NCBI RefSeq assembly: GCF_006345805.1
Contig: NC_043005.1
Span: 1,240,001-1,304,000 of the forward strand
Source of the DNA: Octopus sinensis
Lineage: Eukaryota
DNA: 64,000 bases
Direction of reading: 5' to 3'
Shown here: piece by piece, positions 22,710 through 35,169 of the stretch
How the letters are laid out: each line of letters opens with the position of its first letter
Numbering within the stretch: position 1 is the first letter of the stretch
Position numbers and translations under genes: made by a program
Notes under the pieces: generated by a model
Seen by the model: only the letters and a program-made list of their open reading frames with translations
Told to the model about the DNA's origin: nothing
Database searches by the model: none

Positions 22710-24590
22710 CTGAAATAAAGAGTTAAATTTGTGTTAATAACAATATCATTTTTTAAAAAAAATTACTTTCCCAGGAATGTTTGCATAGGTTTAACAACAC
22801 ATCACCAACAAAACCAATCGTCATGAGTTATTCAGGCTTAACTTTCAGATAACAATTTCACAACAAATCTTCTGTAATCAAAAGCTGTATTTGCTATCCT
22901 CGCATACATTTCTATATTGTGCCACATCAATGAAAGAACATTAAAGTCAATTAAATGAAGATAATATATTAAGAGTTAACCAGGTTATATAGTTTATATA
23001 GCTTTACACCTTCTTCATTAGAAAATTGTGTGATCAATACATCTAATTTGGTATCTTGCTGTTATGCAAATAATGTTGATATGAAGAGCGCATTTGACAG
23101 GGAGATGAAGAGAGAGAACGGCCGTTCGGAATAGCATACAGGACTATGACTAAGAATTAGTTTCTTTGAACCAGGATTTACTGGTTCTACATTGCACTTA
23201 TGTTCCTTAATTGAAATCTATCCAGTCAGTGTGATGATGATGTTGATGACGGTGACATGACTGTTGATAAGCAAGGGGCAGGTTGCTTTACAGTTATGAA
23301 ATTAGCTGAAGCAAGTGATTCCCTTAAAATGCCGACTCCAACAATTTGCAAATATTCATTTTTTACGGAAAAAAAACAACTTTTCACTCATGATAGAATG
23401 AAAAACTGAATTTAATAATCACATACGGCCCTTTTTTTCTCAAGTGATGGAACCACTTCTCTTATTAATTCATTTCATATTGTGTTACCCAATCCTTACA
23501 TGAGTCTTCACTTGCTAACATCTTCTGATGGAAATAACATGGATGATGGAATGTACATCAACTTCTAAACCCCCAGCAATTTTCGTTCAAAAGCTGTCTA
23601 AGGAAGATACTGGTTAATTATATCATTGTTGACTGAGTTCTACTAATCAAAGAGTTACTTTGCTCATTTCTGACAAAGAACTTTACTCTACAAACATCTT
23701 GGACACAGCCTTAGTATCTGTCTACCATCTCCATCACTGATCTTTGACTTAATGATATAGTTAATTACCGATTACATAGGACTATTACGAGAGAAACAGT
23801 TGTATTGTTGAAGAGATCAGATTAGCAAATGGAACTGTTGCTTGTATCATAGTCACCATTTTAGGATCAAGCTTAATACTTATATTGACATGGATAGCTT
23901 GAGCATGCTACCTTACTAACAAGTTGGGCTTTGTTATAAAATGACCTGCTCTGGAGCCTGTGTCTGTAGGAAACTAATTTGGGGAATAGAAATTTGATAA
24001 TATAAGCATCAGTGAGTGAAAATAAGGGACTTTACTGTCAGTAATAATTAAGGTTCCTTTTCAACGTGCACAGCAGTTTATATTTTGTAGTTGATTCCAG
24101 AAAGTATTTAAAACTATCAGTTAATCAATAATAAGTCTGATCCTGACTTTCACAAATATCAAATAATTATTGATGACCAACAGAAGGTCCTAAAATGGAG
24201 CATAAACTCAAATAGAGGTGAGAAGCGATGACACAGAAGAAATGAAGCAGTATGTTTCCTTTAGACATGAATGCTGAAATATCAGACAATGGAAGAGCTG
24301 GATAGGTGTTTGCTTTCTGTAAAGATATGATCAGAGTAGAGATGGACAAAACCCCATGTGCAAACCTCTTCATTAGCATTGGCTTACCAGTGCTTTCATA
24401 CATAAGTGAGATGTAGACTACCATGAATAAAGTTCTATGCAAGGAATATTATATTGGGAACATATACAAAACAGAGAAATTAAAAAATGGAGTGATCAAT
24501 ATGATTAGAGAATACTGAAAGTATAATTTCAGTCGAGCCAGAGATACTACAAAGTTTACAGACAACAGGTGAAGCTGTGAAGTTGTAGAA

Positions 24591-25740
24591 TCTCTTATTA
24601 TAAAAGGCAGATTTTATCTGCCTCCCTTTGGGAGTTATACAAATCTACAATATAGGATTTCTTCAATTACAATTTACCTACCATTTTTAAGAGTAGAATG
24701 CATCGCGTCATGCCAGGTCCAGTTTTTAAAATTTAAACTCCAATTAAGCAAAATTTACAGAAAACTCACATTCTGGTGTTGTTGGGTCAAATGCTTTTCT
24801 TAGTCTGGTTTACACACACGCAAACGCACACACACAGTGTGCAACGAATAAAATGAAAGTAAATAGCGACAGAGTGATTTGAGGAAGACTAAACTGAAAG
24901 TATTTAAACCACTACTCAAAAAATAAAAAAACACAGCAAACAGAAACAAATAAATACATAACCATTTACTCCTCACACAATTTCTTCAATTAGAATTTAC
25001 CTAAGATTTTTCAAAGTACTCCATTCGCTCAGCCATAATATCTTTTTTCAATTCACCCCAATTAAGACAAAATTCGAGAAAAAACTCAATATGGTAACAT
25101 ATCACTCCGAAAGCATGATGTACATGTGTGTGTGCGTGAGTGTGTGTGTGTCATTCCTCACACACACGCATACACATACATACTACAACTACATACAACT
25201 ACATACACATACAACTACATACAAACACGTGTGTGTTTGTTATTAGTAAAAAAGGCGCCAAAACTCAACTCACTTATCATTCCAACACATTTGCAAAGAC
25301 ACCACGGACGGACAGAAAAGGTAAATTGGTTTTTATTTTACTCTGTATATGTTTTATTATATAATATTATATATAGATATATGTATAATATAATTGCAGT
25401 ATGAAACAGTGTTTATGTATAAACAGACGACACTTATATATAGTTACCAAGCCGCCCGAATTTACCTATTCATATTTAAATGAGAATATCAGAGCAAATC
25501 TCTTTAGTACATTCGTGAAAACACGTATTATACTTCGTAAACACTTCAACTACAGTTTTGTACAAAAATCGAAGTGTAATTTTAATTCCGTGAATTATGG
25601 GAGATTTTTTTTCCGAAATTTGTTCCTATTGTTTTTTCAAAATTTGTAATTCTGACAAAAAATGGATACGAATTTCATTATATCAAGCAGCGAGTCAGAA
25701 TTCGAAGGATTTTCTACTGAAGACCTTCATAAATCTAACT
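24591..25740 (+). mobile_element. Helitron-like element 5' part (no 3' CTAG of its own found)
   Basis: A|TCTCTTATTATAAAAGG start resembles Helitron 5'-TC termini and the TC terminus at 25764; the interior is relatively CpG-rich. Confidence 0.45.
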
Positions 25741-25763
25741 CTATGACTGAAAAAAAAAAAGCA

Positions 25764-26158
25764 TCTTTATATAAGAGTGAAGTTGTGTGTCTGTCTCCTA
25801 CGATTTAGATTCCTAACTACTCCCACATTTTGCGGTGCAGTTTAACCAAAAGCGGGTATCTTATAGTCGTGATTCATATCGAGCCCTTCTGGGTATTAGC
25901 GTGCGTCTACGATGAGTCTACGATTTAAAAAAAATTTACCATCATATTTTTCCATTTTAATGCATTTTTTTCGCTTTTATATAAGGGAACTAACTCTCTA
26001 AAAATATCTACGATGTGCCAACGATTTAAAAAAAAATTTACCTTAATTTTTTTTCAATTTTTAATGCATTTTTTTGCTATTTTTTGGCTATAACTCTCTA
26101 AAAATGCTTATATAGTTATTTCCCTTACAACCTGAGCAACGCCGGGCGATACTGCTAG
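25764..26158 (+). mobile_element. Non-autonomous Helitron (395 bp)
   Basis: A|TCTTTATATAAG 5' end, subterminal hairpin CCTG-AGCAACGC-CGGG, 3' end GATACTG-CTAG|T; inserted between A and T with no TSD; internal ~100-bp tandem duplication. Confidence 0.82.
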
Positions 26159-26549
26159 TGGTATCTAAACGACTGGAAGAGACTGCTTGGAAAATCTTTA
26201 ATATGGTGGAAAGGTGACACACTCAAATGATTCCAGCCCAAATAGAAGAGAAAAGCACAATGAAGGGAAGAATTGAAGTGCAATATGGCTAATGACGACC
26301 ACTGGTGTATAGGGACATCCAATAGTCTAGTTGGGCAAAAAAAGCCCCACATAACTGAGGTTCTAAATTTGTGCCTGCACTGTTTTTTTACCTTCTACTC
26401 TCTCTCTCTCTCTCTCTCTCTTTCCCTCTTTCTGGCCAGGTAACCAGGTACAGCAAGATACCTGTTTCTGTCACTCTCTAACCTTTTATCATCTGAGACA
26501 AAATCACCTCCTTCGAAGCCCCCTCCTCCTCTCTCAAAGATTCCTTGTC

Positions 26550-26850
26550 TTGCAAGTTACCTGGTGACCCTGCCAGTGCTGGTGCCATGTGAAAAGCATC
26601 CAGTCCTCACTGTGAAGTGGTTGGCATTTGGAAGGGCACCCAGCTGTAAAAGCCATGCCAAAACTGACCACGCCTGTGCTGGTGCCACATAAAAATCACT
26701 CAGTCCAGTCTGTGAAGTGGCTAGTATTAGGAAGGACATCCAGCCATAAAAACCATGCCAAAACAGAAGTCTGGTGCAGCCTTATGCAAGGCCAGCTCCT
26801 GTCAGACATGTCCCATCCATGCCAGCATGGAAGGCAGGAATTATATGAAG
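26550..26850 (+). mobile_element. RTE-LINE 3'-end fragment
   Basis: ggcatttggaagggcacccagctgtaaaagccatgcc motif occurring twice, ending in atgaagacaatgatga. Confidence 0.65.
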
Positions 26851-27540
26851 ACAATGATGAGAAAACTGTTTATGCTATTGTAACAAGACTCCTGCTGGGT
26901 TTTGAACCATCACTCTCAGATTGCCTGTCATAGGATTATAGTCTACCATACTTCCATAAAGCGATGTGTTGCCATAAAAGGCATTAACAATTATGCAAAT
27001 ATGGCTTGGCCAAGCAGCATGTACTGAATTGTTATGCCGAGAATATATAGGAAATGTGTGAGTTTTCCTGCCAAATGGCTTGAGTGAAAGTTTCAGCAAC
27101 TTTTGCTTACTGTTATAAAAAGCAGGCAAATTCAACATCAGACCAGAGCCACCCAGTGGTCCACGTGGAGCTACATCACCTTGCTCGTCAGATGATCTCT
27201 TGCCCCCTTCTCATTTTCCTAATTAAACATGCTTGTACTGTGTTTAGCAAAAACTACTGACTTTCGGTTGTAATCTTGATTTGTGCTTACATTACTTCCA
27301 TACAGCATTTTAAACTTTTTTGACTTCAATAACTATAAACTATTTCATAATATTATCTATCATGTTATATCATAGAAGAATTTTAAGTATTTCATTTATA
27401 GGCACATGAATGTTGTTCCATTGAATCAAATATTGATACATATGTAAATACAAGAGTTTGGGGTTAAAAATATATGGAAACTCAAATATTAGTGTAGCCA
27501 TTCTTACATTCACACAAAACCTATTTGATATGAACTACCG

Positions 27541-27880
27541 TAAAAGACCCCCTTCGGTCATGAATGACCATGGGATTGCACCTAGAAAGTTACCCTCCTA
27601 GACACAAGTCCGGGCAAGGTTGTTTATGGAAGACCAGCAGTCGCCCATGCGTACCAGCCTCCCCTCTCCACGCCACCAGTGTTATCCTAGGGAAAGACAA
27701 AGGTCGATACAGCTTGGCACCAGTGACGTCGCAACTCATTTCTACAGCTGAGTGAACTGGAGCAACGTGAAAAATAAAGTGCTTTGCTCAAGAACACAAC
27801 ACGCAGCCCAGACCGGGATTCGAGCTCACAACCTCGTGATCGTAAGCTCGACGCTCTAACCACTGAGCCATGTGCCTTCA
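27541..27880 (-). mobile_element. tRNA-derived SINE (family B), near full-length
   Basis: Minus strand: TGGCTCAGTGGTTAG (A box) ... GCTCGAATCCC (B box), then the core gctccagttcactcagctgtagaaatgagt; paralogue at 36709-37034. Confidence 0.85.
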
Positions 27881-28347
27881 CTATGAACTACCAAGGACGA
27901 ATTAATAACCAAAGACCTGAAAAACAATCACTACAATGCCTGCTGAAGTTAAAGAAACAACTCAAAGTTGCTTCCAACGTTTAAACAATTCTTTTGGCCT
28001 CAGGTTTTTACAAGATTGGCTGCCAACTAAATTAGGGTAGTATCTGACTGCCATCAAAGAAATGATAACTTGATAAATCTATTTCTGAAATTGGTGCCGG
28101 ATCTAACTTTGTGGCATGATGTTTTTGTGAAGAGAAAGTGAAATACTGAGATGAAAATTCTTAAAAGAAGAGATGGACAGAAAATTCAAACAATGAAGGA
28201 TTCACTATTGTTATGTGAGCAGGTAAGAATAAATACTGTTCACCTGAAAACAGATAATTTATCATAACTTATCATACACCTCATGATTTCAAATTTTTCT
28301 TTTCAGTACCAGTTTCAGCTGGTTAGACTCTTGTATTAACTGATAAA

Positions 28348-28595
28348 CTATCATCATCATCATCATCATCATGAAGATTCCTTAACTGATGCAGCCAGCT
28401 GTTAGGGTGCCACCCTAAATGTTTCCATAGACACCATTCTCACTGGTCTCTATTCTCTGTCATGCATTGCAGTTTCACAGTGCTCTGACCTGTTCGGTCC
28501 TCGATGTTGTCAAACCAAGATTTTCTCTGTCCACCTCGCTTTCACCCTCTCTCAACTGTGCCCTAGAGAATTGTTTTTAGACAGGGAGTTGTGGG
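28348..28595 (-). mobile_element. RTE-type LINE 3' fragment with (GAT)n tail
   Basis: Minus-strand remnant resembling the TILQGTVEG..RG.QRKSWFDNI C-terminal motif; (CAT)n at 28348-28372. Confidence 0.55.
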
Positions 28596-28760
28596 AATTT
28601 TAGCACATGAGTTATGTTCCAAATTAGCCCAGTTAGTTTTTAAACTGAGAAATATTATTGAATAGAGAAAGTTTTGACTTCCTCTTCACTGTTGATGAGA
28701 AGACAGAATTTGCATCTTTAGAATTCTTGTCCCGCCATTGTTTTGAACAAGTTTAAAATC

Positions 28761-29178
28761 GCATGTTGTCAACTTAATGTGACAGTCCCATAAAAGGGAA
28801 GAATGCTACTGTTGTTTAGCCCTAGGAAACATTGATTGCTGTTGGACTTGACATATTTCCTGTGGCCTTATGTTTTCAAAGGTGGAGATAAACACCTCTA
28901 CCCAGCAAATCCAGCACCCAGAGACTAGTTTCAGAGTCATTGCTCATCATCAGTCTGGAGTAGCATGGCTTGCTAGCTGTCGATGACTATCTGCCTTCGA
29001 AAAAATATATATTTCAAGTGAAATACATTCACTGATTTTTGAAAATTGAGATAATATATTTGAAAACATAAGGACAGAAGAAATGTGTCAAGTCCAACAG
29101 GAAACGGTGTTTCCTAGGGCTAAATAACAGTAGCATTCTTCCCTTTTATGGGACTGTCACATTAAGTTGACAACATGC
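28761..29178. mobile_element. Fold-back element with ~120-bp inverted arms (28761-28880 / 29059-29178) enclosing a hammerhead motif
   Basis: The outer ~71 bp of the arms differ at a single position; the inner parts of the arms are more diverged. Confidence 0.8.
28917..28959 (-). ncRNA. Minimal type-I hammerhead ribozyme fold, canonical core, sense to PTPN4 pre-mRNA
   Basis: Minus strand TCCAGA / CTGATGA / T-GAG-CAATGA-CTC-T / GAAA / CTAG / TC / TCTGGG: 6-bp stem I, intact CUGAUGA and GAAA, palindromic stem III (ACUAGU), GUC triplet. Stem II closes on a U-U mismatch. Confidence 0.65.
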
Positions 29179-29834
29179 TATCACTTTATCATGCTGCTAC
29201 TGCATAAATTTCTCTGTGAGATTTGGAAATATTTTATTTCCAAGTTTAAAATCATCTTCATTTTTATTGAGTTTGTCTGCTTCTTTACTCAATTCTCACA
29301 GCCTCCATCCTAAGAGATTCACAGGATTAACCTAAAGAAAGCCTGACACACATGCACACACAACTTTTCCAATTAGAAGAATGAGGAAAGATCATTGAAT
29401 TGGAGCAGAGAATACAAAAGTTGAACTGTAAGTACATTCCAAGAACAGCAAAAGGAAGACAGTATTTAAAAAAGCAATGACTAAGCAATATTTGGTAAGA
29501 ACTTCCAGAGAAGGAAGCAGCAGAAGCAGACTGGAACAAGTACAAGAGACTTTCCTAAATGTAGGTTGTCTGTTACTGGAAAGTTTTGTGATGGAAAATC
29601 ACTAGGATGACAAATTCGACATCTGTAAATGATTGCTTGGCTTGCAAGAAATAGCATCCAAATCTTTCTCAAAACACTCCTTACTGTCTTAAAAGAGAGA
29701 GGACATATGTAGTTCTTGACACACTTGAATGCTTCTGATCTTAAGTCTGACTAATTAGGAATGACCTGGGACGAAACAACAATATCACTTATACAATAAA
29801 ATAGATCAAAATAGTTCAAATGAAGATGATTTAC

Positions 29835-29877
29835 CTCTGCATTGTTTCTTGACTGTTTTCAAAGGATCAACCCATCT
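29835..29877 (-). CDS. PTPN4: PTPN4-like coding exon 3 (RWVDPLKTVKKQCR-G)
   Basis: ttttttcttacag|AGATGG...TGCAGAG|gtaaat; 43 nt, phase 0-1; matches the FERM RWLD-x-x-K motif. Confidence 0.93.
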
Positions 29878-30852
29878 CTGTAAGAAAAAACAAGAAAACT
29901 ATTGTAGCACAATGACACTGGTTATATTTCTGAAATCTACTCTTTTCAGCATTTTCACTGTCAGTTGTTGTTGTTGTTGTTGGGTCGTCCCAATAAGTTC
30001 AGCTATTGCTTCTCTGACTTAGTCCTCTTTAAACTTTTCAACTGTATACAATACTTTAATAGTCAACCAGCAGCACAGGATTATCTTCATTATCATCACA
30101 AATGGCAGGCAGTAGGATGGGACAGTTGTTTAGGCATGAAGTTTGTAACCCAGTTTTGATTTCCAACTGGAATAATTTCTCTTGTGCCATTATGTCTTTC
30201 AGAAAAGCATAAATCTCAAATTGTCCAATTTCCTTTGCATTAATAAATGTGAGCCTTGACACTTGTCGTAGAACCAGATCCTCCATAGTTGCACCAAATA
30301 AATACCAGAAAGTTACTATTCATTAAATGGAGTCTACTTAGCCTCTTAAGAAAATTGTTAAATTGCGCATTTGACCGAAAAAAAACCCAAAAACGTTTCA
30401 TTAAAAGAAATTCATATTATTATTATGCCTATACAATACTTTTGTTATCATTTAACCTCTATTTTATTCTGGTCCACACAAAATTGTAACCTCAGTTCTA
30501 AATCTTTGACAGGAGTTATTATTAATATTATAATAAATTAAGATTTTTACTTCAATTTTTCACTCATCTTTTTATGTATTGATAACATTTAACCCATTGA
30601 CAAAATCTTCAAGTATATTTATTGAATGACATATTCTTCTGATAATTAGGAGATTTTTTTTTGTTGTGATAGTAGAACATTTTTGCATGCTAGGATGCGA
30701 GTCACATGAAGCCAGCTCCAAATAACAACTGAAACTAAGTAGAAGGAATTAATTCCCTAAATTATGTCTCTTATCATTATATTTAAAATGTCGATCATAT
30801 TTAGCTATTAAAAGGGGAAGAAAAACACAGCCTGGGACTTTTGCATTATATC

Positions 30853-31781
30853 TATGAGGTGGAATCAAAAAGTTCCCAGACTAGTTCTGTAGCATGCCAA
30901 CAGGTGGCAGCACATAGCTGCATATGTGCAGTGAGAGCTAGCAGTGAATTTCACAAGGCAGTGTGTTGAGTGACATCAGTGTGTTTACTTTGAGACATTG
31001 CTGTGTCTTTGCGATCAGGTGTGTATGCTGTAGTCTGCAATTTTTGTCATGGACAGGAAATTAGAACAAAGAACCAATGTGAAATTTTGCATGGAAGTTG
31101 GGAAGTCTGCTACAGAGATATTGAGTATGATGCTTTGGCAAGCTAGTGGCAACAAGGCACTGAGTCGTATGCAATGCTTTGAGTGGCACAGGTGCTTCCA
31201 AAGTGGAAGAATGTCCTGGAAGACAACAAGCAATAGAAGACCTGCTACAAGTGTCAGCCCCGGAAATGTGGAGAAAATTCCTCAGCTTGTGCATAAGAAT
31301 TGATGGAGGACAATCAATGCCATTTTGAAGTATTTGAAGGAGGACATTTGGTGAAAGCGAGCGGATTTGTAGAGTGCAAAGAATTGGATTCTTCATGACA
31401 ATGCACCCTGTCACTGAGCTCTCCTCACTTGTGAATTCTTCACCAGAAACAATATGGTGGTATCACTTCTGCACCTGCCTTATTTGCCAGATTGAGCACC
31501 TGTAGACTTCCATCTCTTCTTCAAGATGAAGAGACAGCTGAAAGGTTGCTGCTTTAACACTGTTATCGAGATCCAGGGAGAATTGCAGAAGCTCCTCGAC
31601 TCACTTATGGGAAACGACTCCAGCCAGCCAGACTTCCAAATTTGGCAGCAATGCTGGGACCAGGGTATTGCAGCTGCACAAGGTGACTATTTTGAAGGAG
31701 ATGATGTTAAAACTTAGGTAAATAAGTTCTTTTTTTTATTAAACATAACTAGTCCGGGAACTTAATGATACTACCTTTGTA
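30853..31781 (+). mobile_element. Mariner (Tc1/mariner) element, internally deleted
   Basis: TIRs tatgaggtggaatcaaaaagttcccagactagtt / aactagtccgggaacttaatgatactacc; remnants EQRTNVKFC..GKSATE, LHDNAPCH and PDLAPVDFHLF..MKRQLKG. Confidence 0.9.
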
Positions 31782-32029
31782 TTGCATTACATAATATTAT
31801 AAAATGTGACTTCATTAACATTCAAATAGAGTACATTAAGTTATTTTCAGCAAGGTAGAGTGCACGAATATATTATCAACAAAATACAGGATAAAGATTA
31901 TTATCATGTGATGAAAACTCTCGGCTTATTTTAATGGGTAAGATGGAAAGTGTCAGCTGTCCACAGCCAGCAGACTAGGGTGACACTTGTTTACTGATTA
32001 TGCTTCAAGAACCTTGTGGAGAACACTTG

Positions 32030-32990
32030 CAGTTCCAAGCAATGATAATTTTTGTAGGAGGTGTTTTACCTTCACACTTGCAGCACCAATCTTTGGCAGT
32101 TGAGTCCTGATACTTCCAAGCATGCCCAATTACAATTGCTATTATCACATCCACTCTCGTCAATGCCCAAAACCTTCATATTTCCTACTTCAAATCATTG
32201 TAGTTAATCCCTTTTTCTTCTTCCTTTTTCATCCTGTTGTCACCAGGACATGCTATGTCAATTACCATGCAGGATTTTCCTTTTTTAGTCACCAAAACAA
32301 TGTCAGATTTCTGACGTCTGGTGTGATGGTCACACTGAATCATTGCATCCCACAAGATTTTGCAGTCTTCATTTTCAGTGACTCCTTCTGGAGTTTGACC
32401 ATACCATGGTCTTTCCTCTTTGTAGGCCATGATTTCCACACAACTTCAAATGGGCCATTCTTGCCACACTGTCATGTCTTTTGTGTTTGTGTTGTGCCAA
32501 TTTTGGGGATTCCCTAGCAATGTGACCCTAATTTCACCCCTCTCCCCATACTGCATCTGTCATTCTCAGTTATGTTGTCAGTTCTCCACTTCACAGAGTT
32601 CATCCTTAACACTTGTTCTTCTGCTCTGCAGAGAACTGCTTCTGGCATTCACATCTCTTGCAAACTCATTCTACATTTCTTTTTTCTTCCCATGCTATTT
32701 CTTTTGCTGTGTTTTTTCCTTTCTTTAAGTTTTTCTTTCTTTACACAATCATCAATTTTGATGATGCTGGACTTCTTCACATTTTTCAGTTATGGTTCCA
32801 TGGCATTTTTTACATACCACCCTAAGCTGTTTTCCTCTGCTTCTACACAATTTTGGCAACTGATCAGTGTCACTCTTGAGATGGAATGCTCTGTGCACTG
32901 TCAATATTTTCTGTCTTCACATCCATGCTCATCAGTTCTTCCTTTTGCCAGTTTATGATTCCAACTTCAAACCAAAGTGATGCTGTCACT
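32030..32990 (-). mobile_element. R4/Dong-like (REL endonuclease) LINE 3' fragment
   Basis: Minus strand ENEDCKILWDAMIQCDH..KSDIVLV..VIDIACPGD, a restriction-like endonuclease domain. Confidence 0.75.
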
Positions 32991-33089
32991 CATGTATTTA
33001 CGGCAATATAATTATTATTATTCAGTAGTTTTATTTTTATAGCGTGCTTTCACTTCACTACTGAGTGCAGCTTTGTGTACATTTGATAT

Positions 33090-34935
33090 GTGTTGTGGTG
33101 TGTTATGATGCTCTGATGGTTATTGTATGGAAAGTGTTCTGCGTAGGATGTGTGCAATTTTCTGTATGTTATATGTGTTTGTAAACCCTGGTGTTTTTGT
33201 CATGTATTTGTCTGAATATTTTTTTTTATCATACCTAATGCACCCACTATGATAGGAATTGTTTTTGTTTTTAGATTCCACATTCAAGTTACCTCTATTT
33301 CCAGGTCTTTGTATTTTGAAAGTTTCTCCATTTCTTTTAGAGAAACGTTGTCATTTGCTGGTATTGATACATCAATTAGAAAGCATTCTTTTTCTTCATT
33401 ATCTCTGACAACTTTATCTGGCCTATTAGCCTTAATTTCTCTGTGTGTATCGGCATATCCCAGAGTATGGTTGCTTTCTCGTTTTCTGTGACCTTTTCTG
33501 GTGTGTGCCTATACCATCTTTTTTCTGTTGTTATTCCATAGTGTTGGCATAGCTTCCAGTGTATGTAGGTCCCAACTCTGTCGTGTCTGTGAATATATTC
33601 CTTCTTAGCCAGGATTTGGCAGTCAGAGATAATATGATTTATTGTTTCTTGTCCATCTCCACATATTCTGCAGTTACTTGTTATATTTCTTTTCATTATG
33701 TTTTTGGTAATTTCTGGTGGGGTGGCTTTGGTCTTGTGCTGCAATTAAAAATCCCTGTCTCTGCTTTGAGTCCTGAGCTTCTCAACCATTGCTGGGATTT
33801 TTCTCTGTCTATTCTTTTGCATTAGTTTAGTCCAGTATTGCCATGAAGGGGCTTTTCTTGCCATCGTTTTATCATGGTTCTTTGCTGTTCTAGTTTTAGT
33901 TTGGATTCATTGTTTTATAGCTTTTGTTGTTTCTTCATCTTCTTCTTCTTCTTCATATTTATTTATTAGGTGGTATGATTTCTTGTTTGTATTTGTCAGC
34001 TTCCTTAAATACTGAGAACAGTTTTTTTTTTTATTTTGCTCGTGTTTTGTGGCTATTTGTATCAGTTTTCTTTGCTTCTGAAGTAGGTATTTTTGCAGTC
34101 CGATGGTGGTTATTTTATAATAGTTTTCCAGCTGCATAAGGCCTCTACCACATTCTATATGTTGTATATATAGCCTTTCTATGTCAGATTTTGGGTGGTG
34201 CACCCTAGATCCTGTCATTATTTTTCTTGTTTTCCTGTCTATTTTGGTCAGTTCATTTAGTGTCCAGTTAAGGATATTGTAGCTGTAATTTATAACTGGG
34301 ACAGCTAAAGTGTTAATAACTATTATCTTGTTTTTAGCATTGAGCTCTGTTTTTAGTATTGATCTAACTCGTCTATAATATTCTTTCTTTATTTTCTCTT
34401 TCATTTGTGTGTTTTATCGTATCTAGTTCATGGATTCCTAAATATTTGTATGTCTGGCTTTGGTCTAATTCTCTTATTTCATTGGCTTTATCTAGTGTGA
34501 TGTTGCTACTCTTAACTAGTTTTCCTCTTTTCAGGGTTGCTTTGGCACATTTTCCTAATCCAAATTTCATATCTATATCTTTGGTAAATCCATGAACTGT
34601 CTGTAGTAGTGTTTCCAGCTGTTTATCATTTGTAGCGTATAGTTTTAGGTCATCCATATATATGAGGATAGCTTTGGTTTTCATGAGTCCCTCTTTTGTT
34701 TGGAGCTGTAGCACTGTTTGCCATTTATTCATAGAGTGTCCTATGTATTTTATAATTGTTGGTGCTACTTTTGTTAATGGCTAGTGTTTTGAGGATCCAT
34801 GTGTGGGGAATGCGATCAAACACCTTTCTGTAGTCGATCCTGGCCATACTGAGGCCTTTCTTCTTTCTGTGGCTGTCTTCAGTTATGGCTTTATTGATCA
34901 TTAGTTGATCTTTACAGCCATATGAGCCCTTATTA
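33090..34935 (-). mobile_element. R4/Dong-like LINE (RT + CCHC knuckle + REL endonuclease), defective
   Basis: YMDDLKLY (RT), FGLGKCA, YKYLG, RLYI..GRGL, CRICGDGQETINHIISDC..YIHRHDRV and ENEKATILWDMPIHT; stops and deletions present. Confidence 0.88.
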
Positions 34936-35169
34936 TTATTATTATTATTATTATTATCTGCCCTAACCTCTTACAAAACATAATTCCCAACAAACTGAAG
35001 CTATGTGTTGTTAATTAATCAGTTCCTGTCTATATATCTACAGAGCTGGTATCAAACATAAACAATTTCCTGTGCCAAAACAATGTCATTCATTTTAACC
35101 TTTTCATTGACAGTGGCTGATACCTCTGTATGCTCAGCTATGTTACCTGGCAGTGAAACATGGGCTTTG

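Noticed and set aside
24167-24442. 91-aa minus-strand ORF as an extra PTPN4 exon
   Set aside because: Exons 3 and 4 already join in phase into a continuous FERM sequence, and the ORF has no FERM similarity or convincing splice pair.
27800-27880. tRNA gene candidates in SINE heads (also 22072, 36960-37034, 44291, 54690-54750)
   Set aside because: A and B boxes are present, but the sequences continue into shared SINE bodies and lack a complete cloverleaf.
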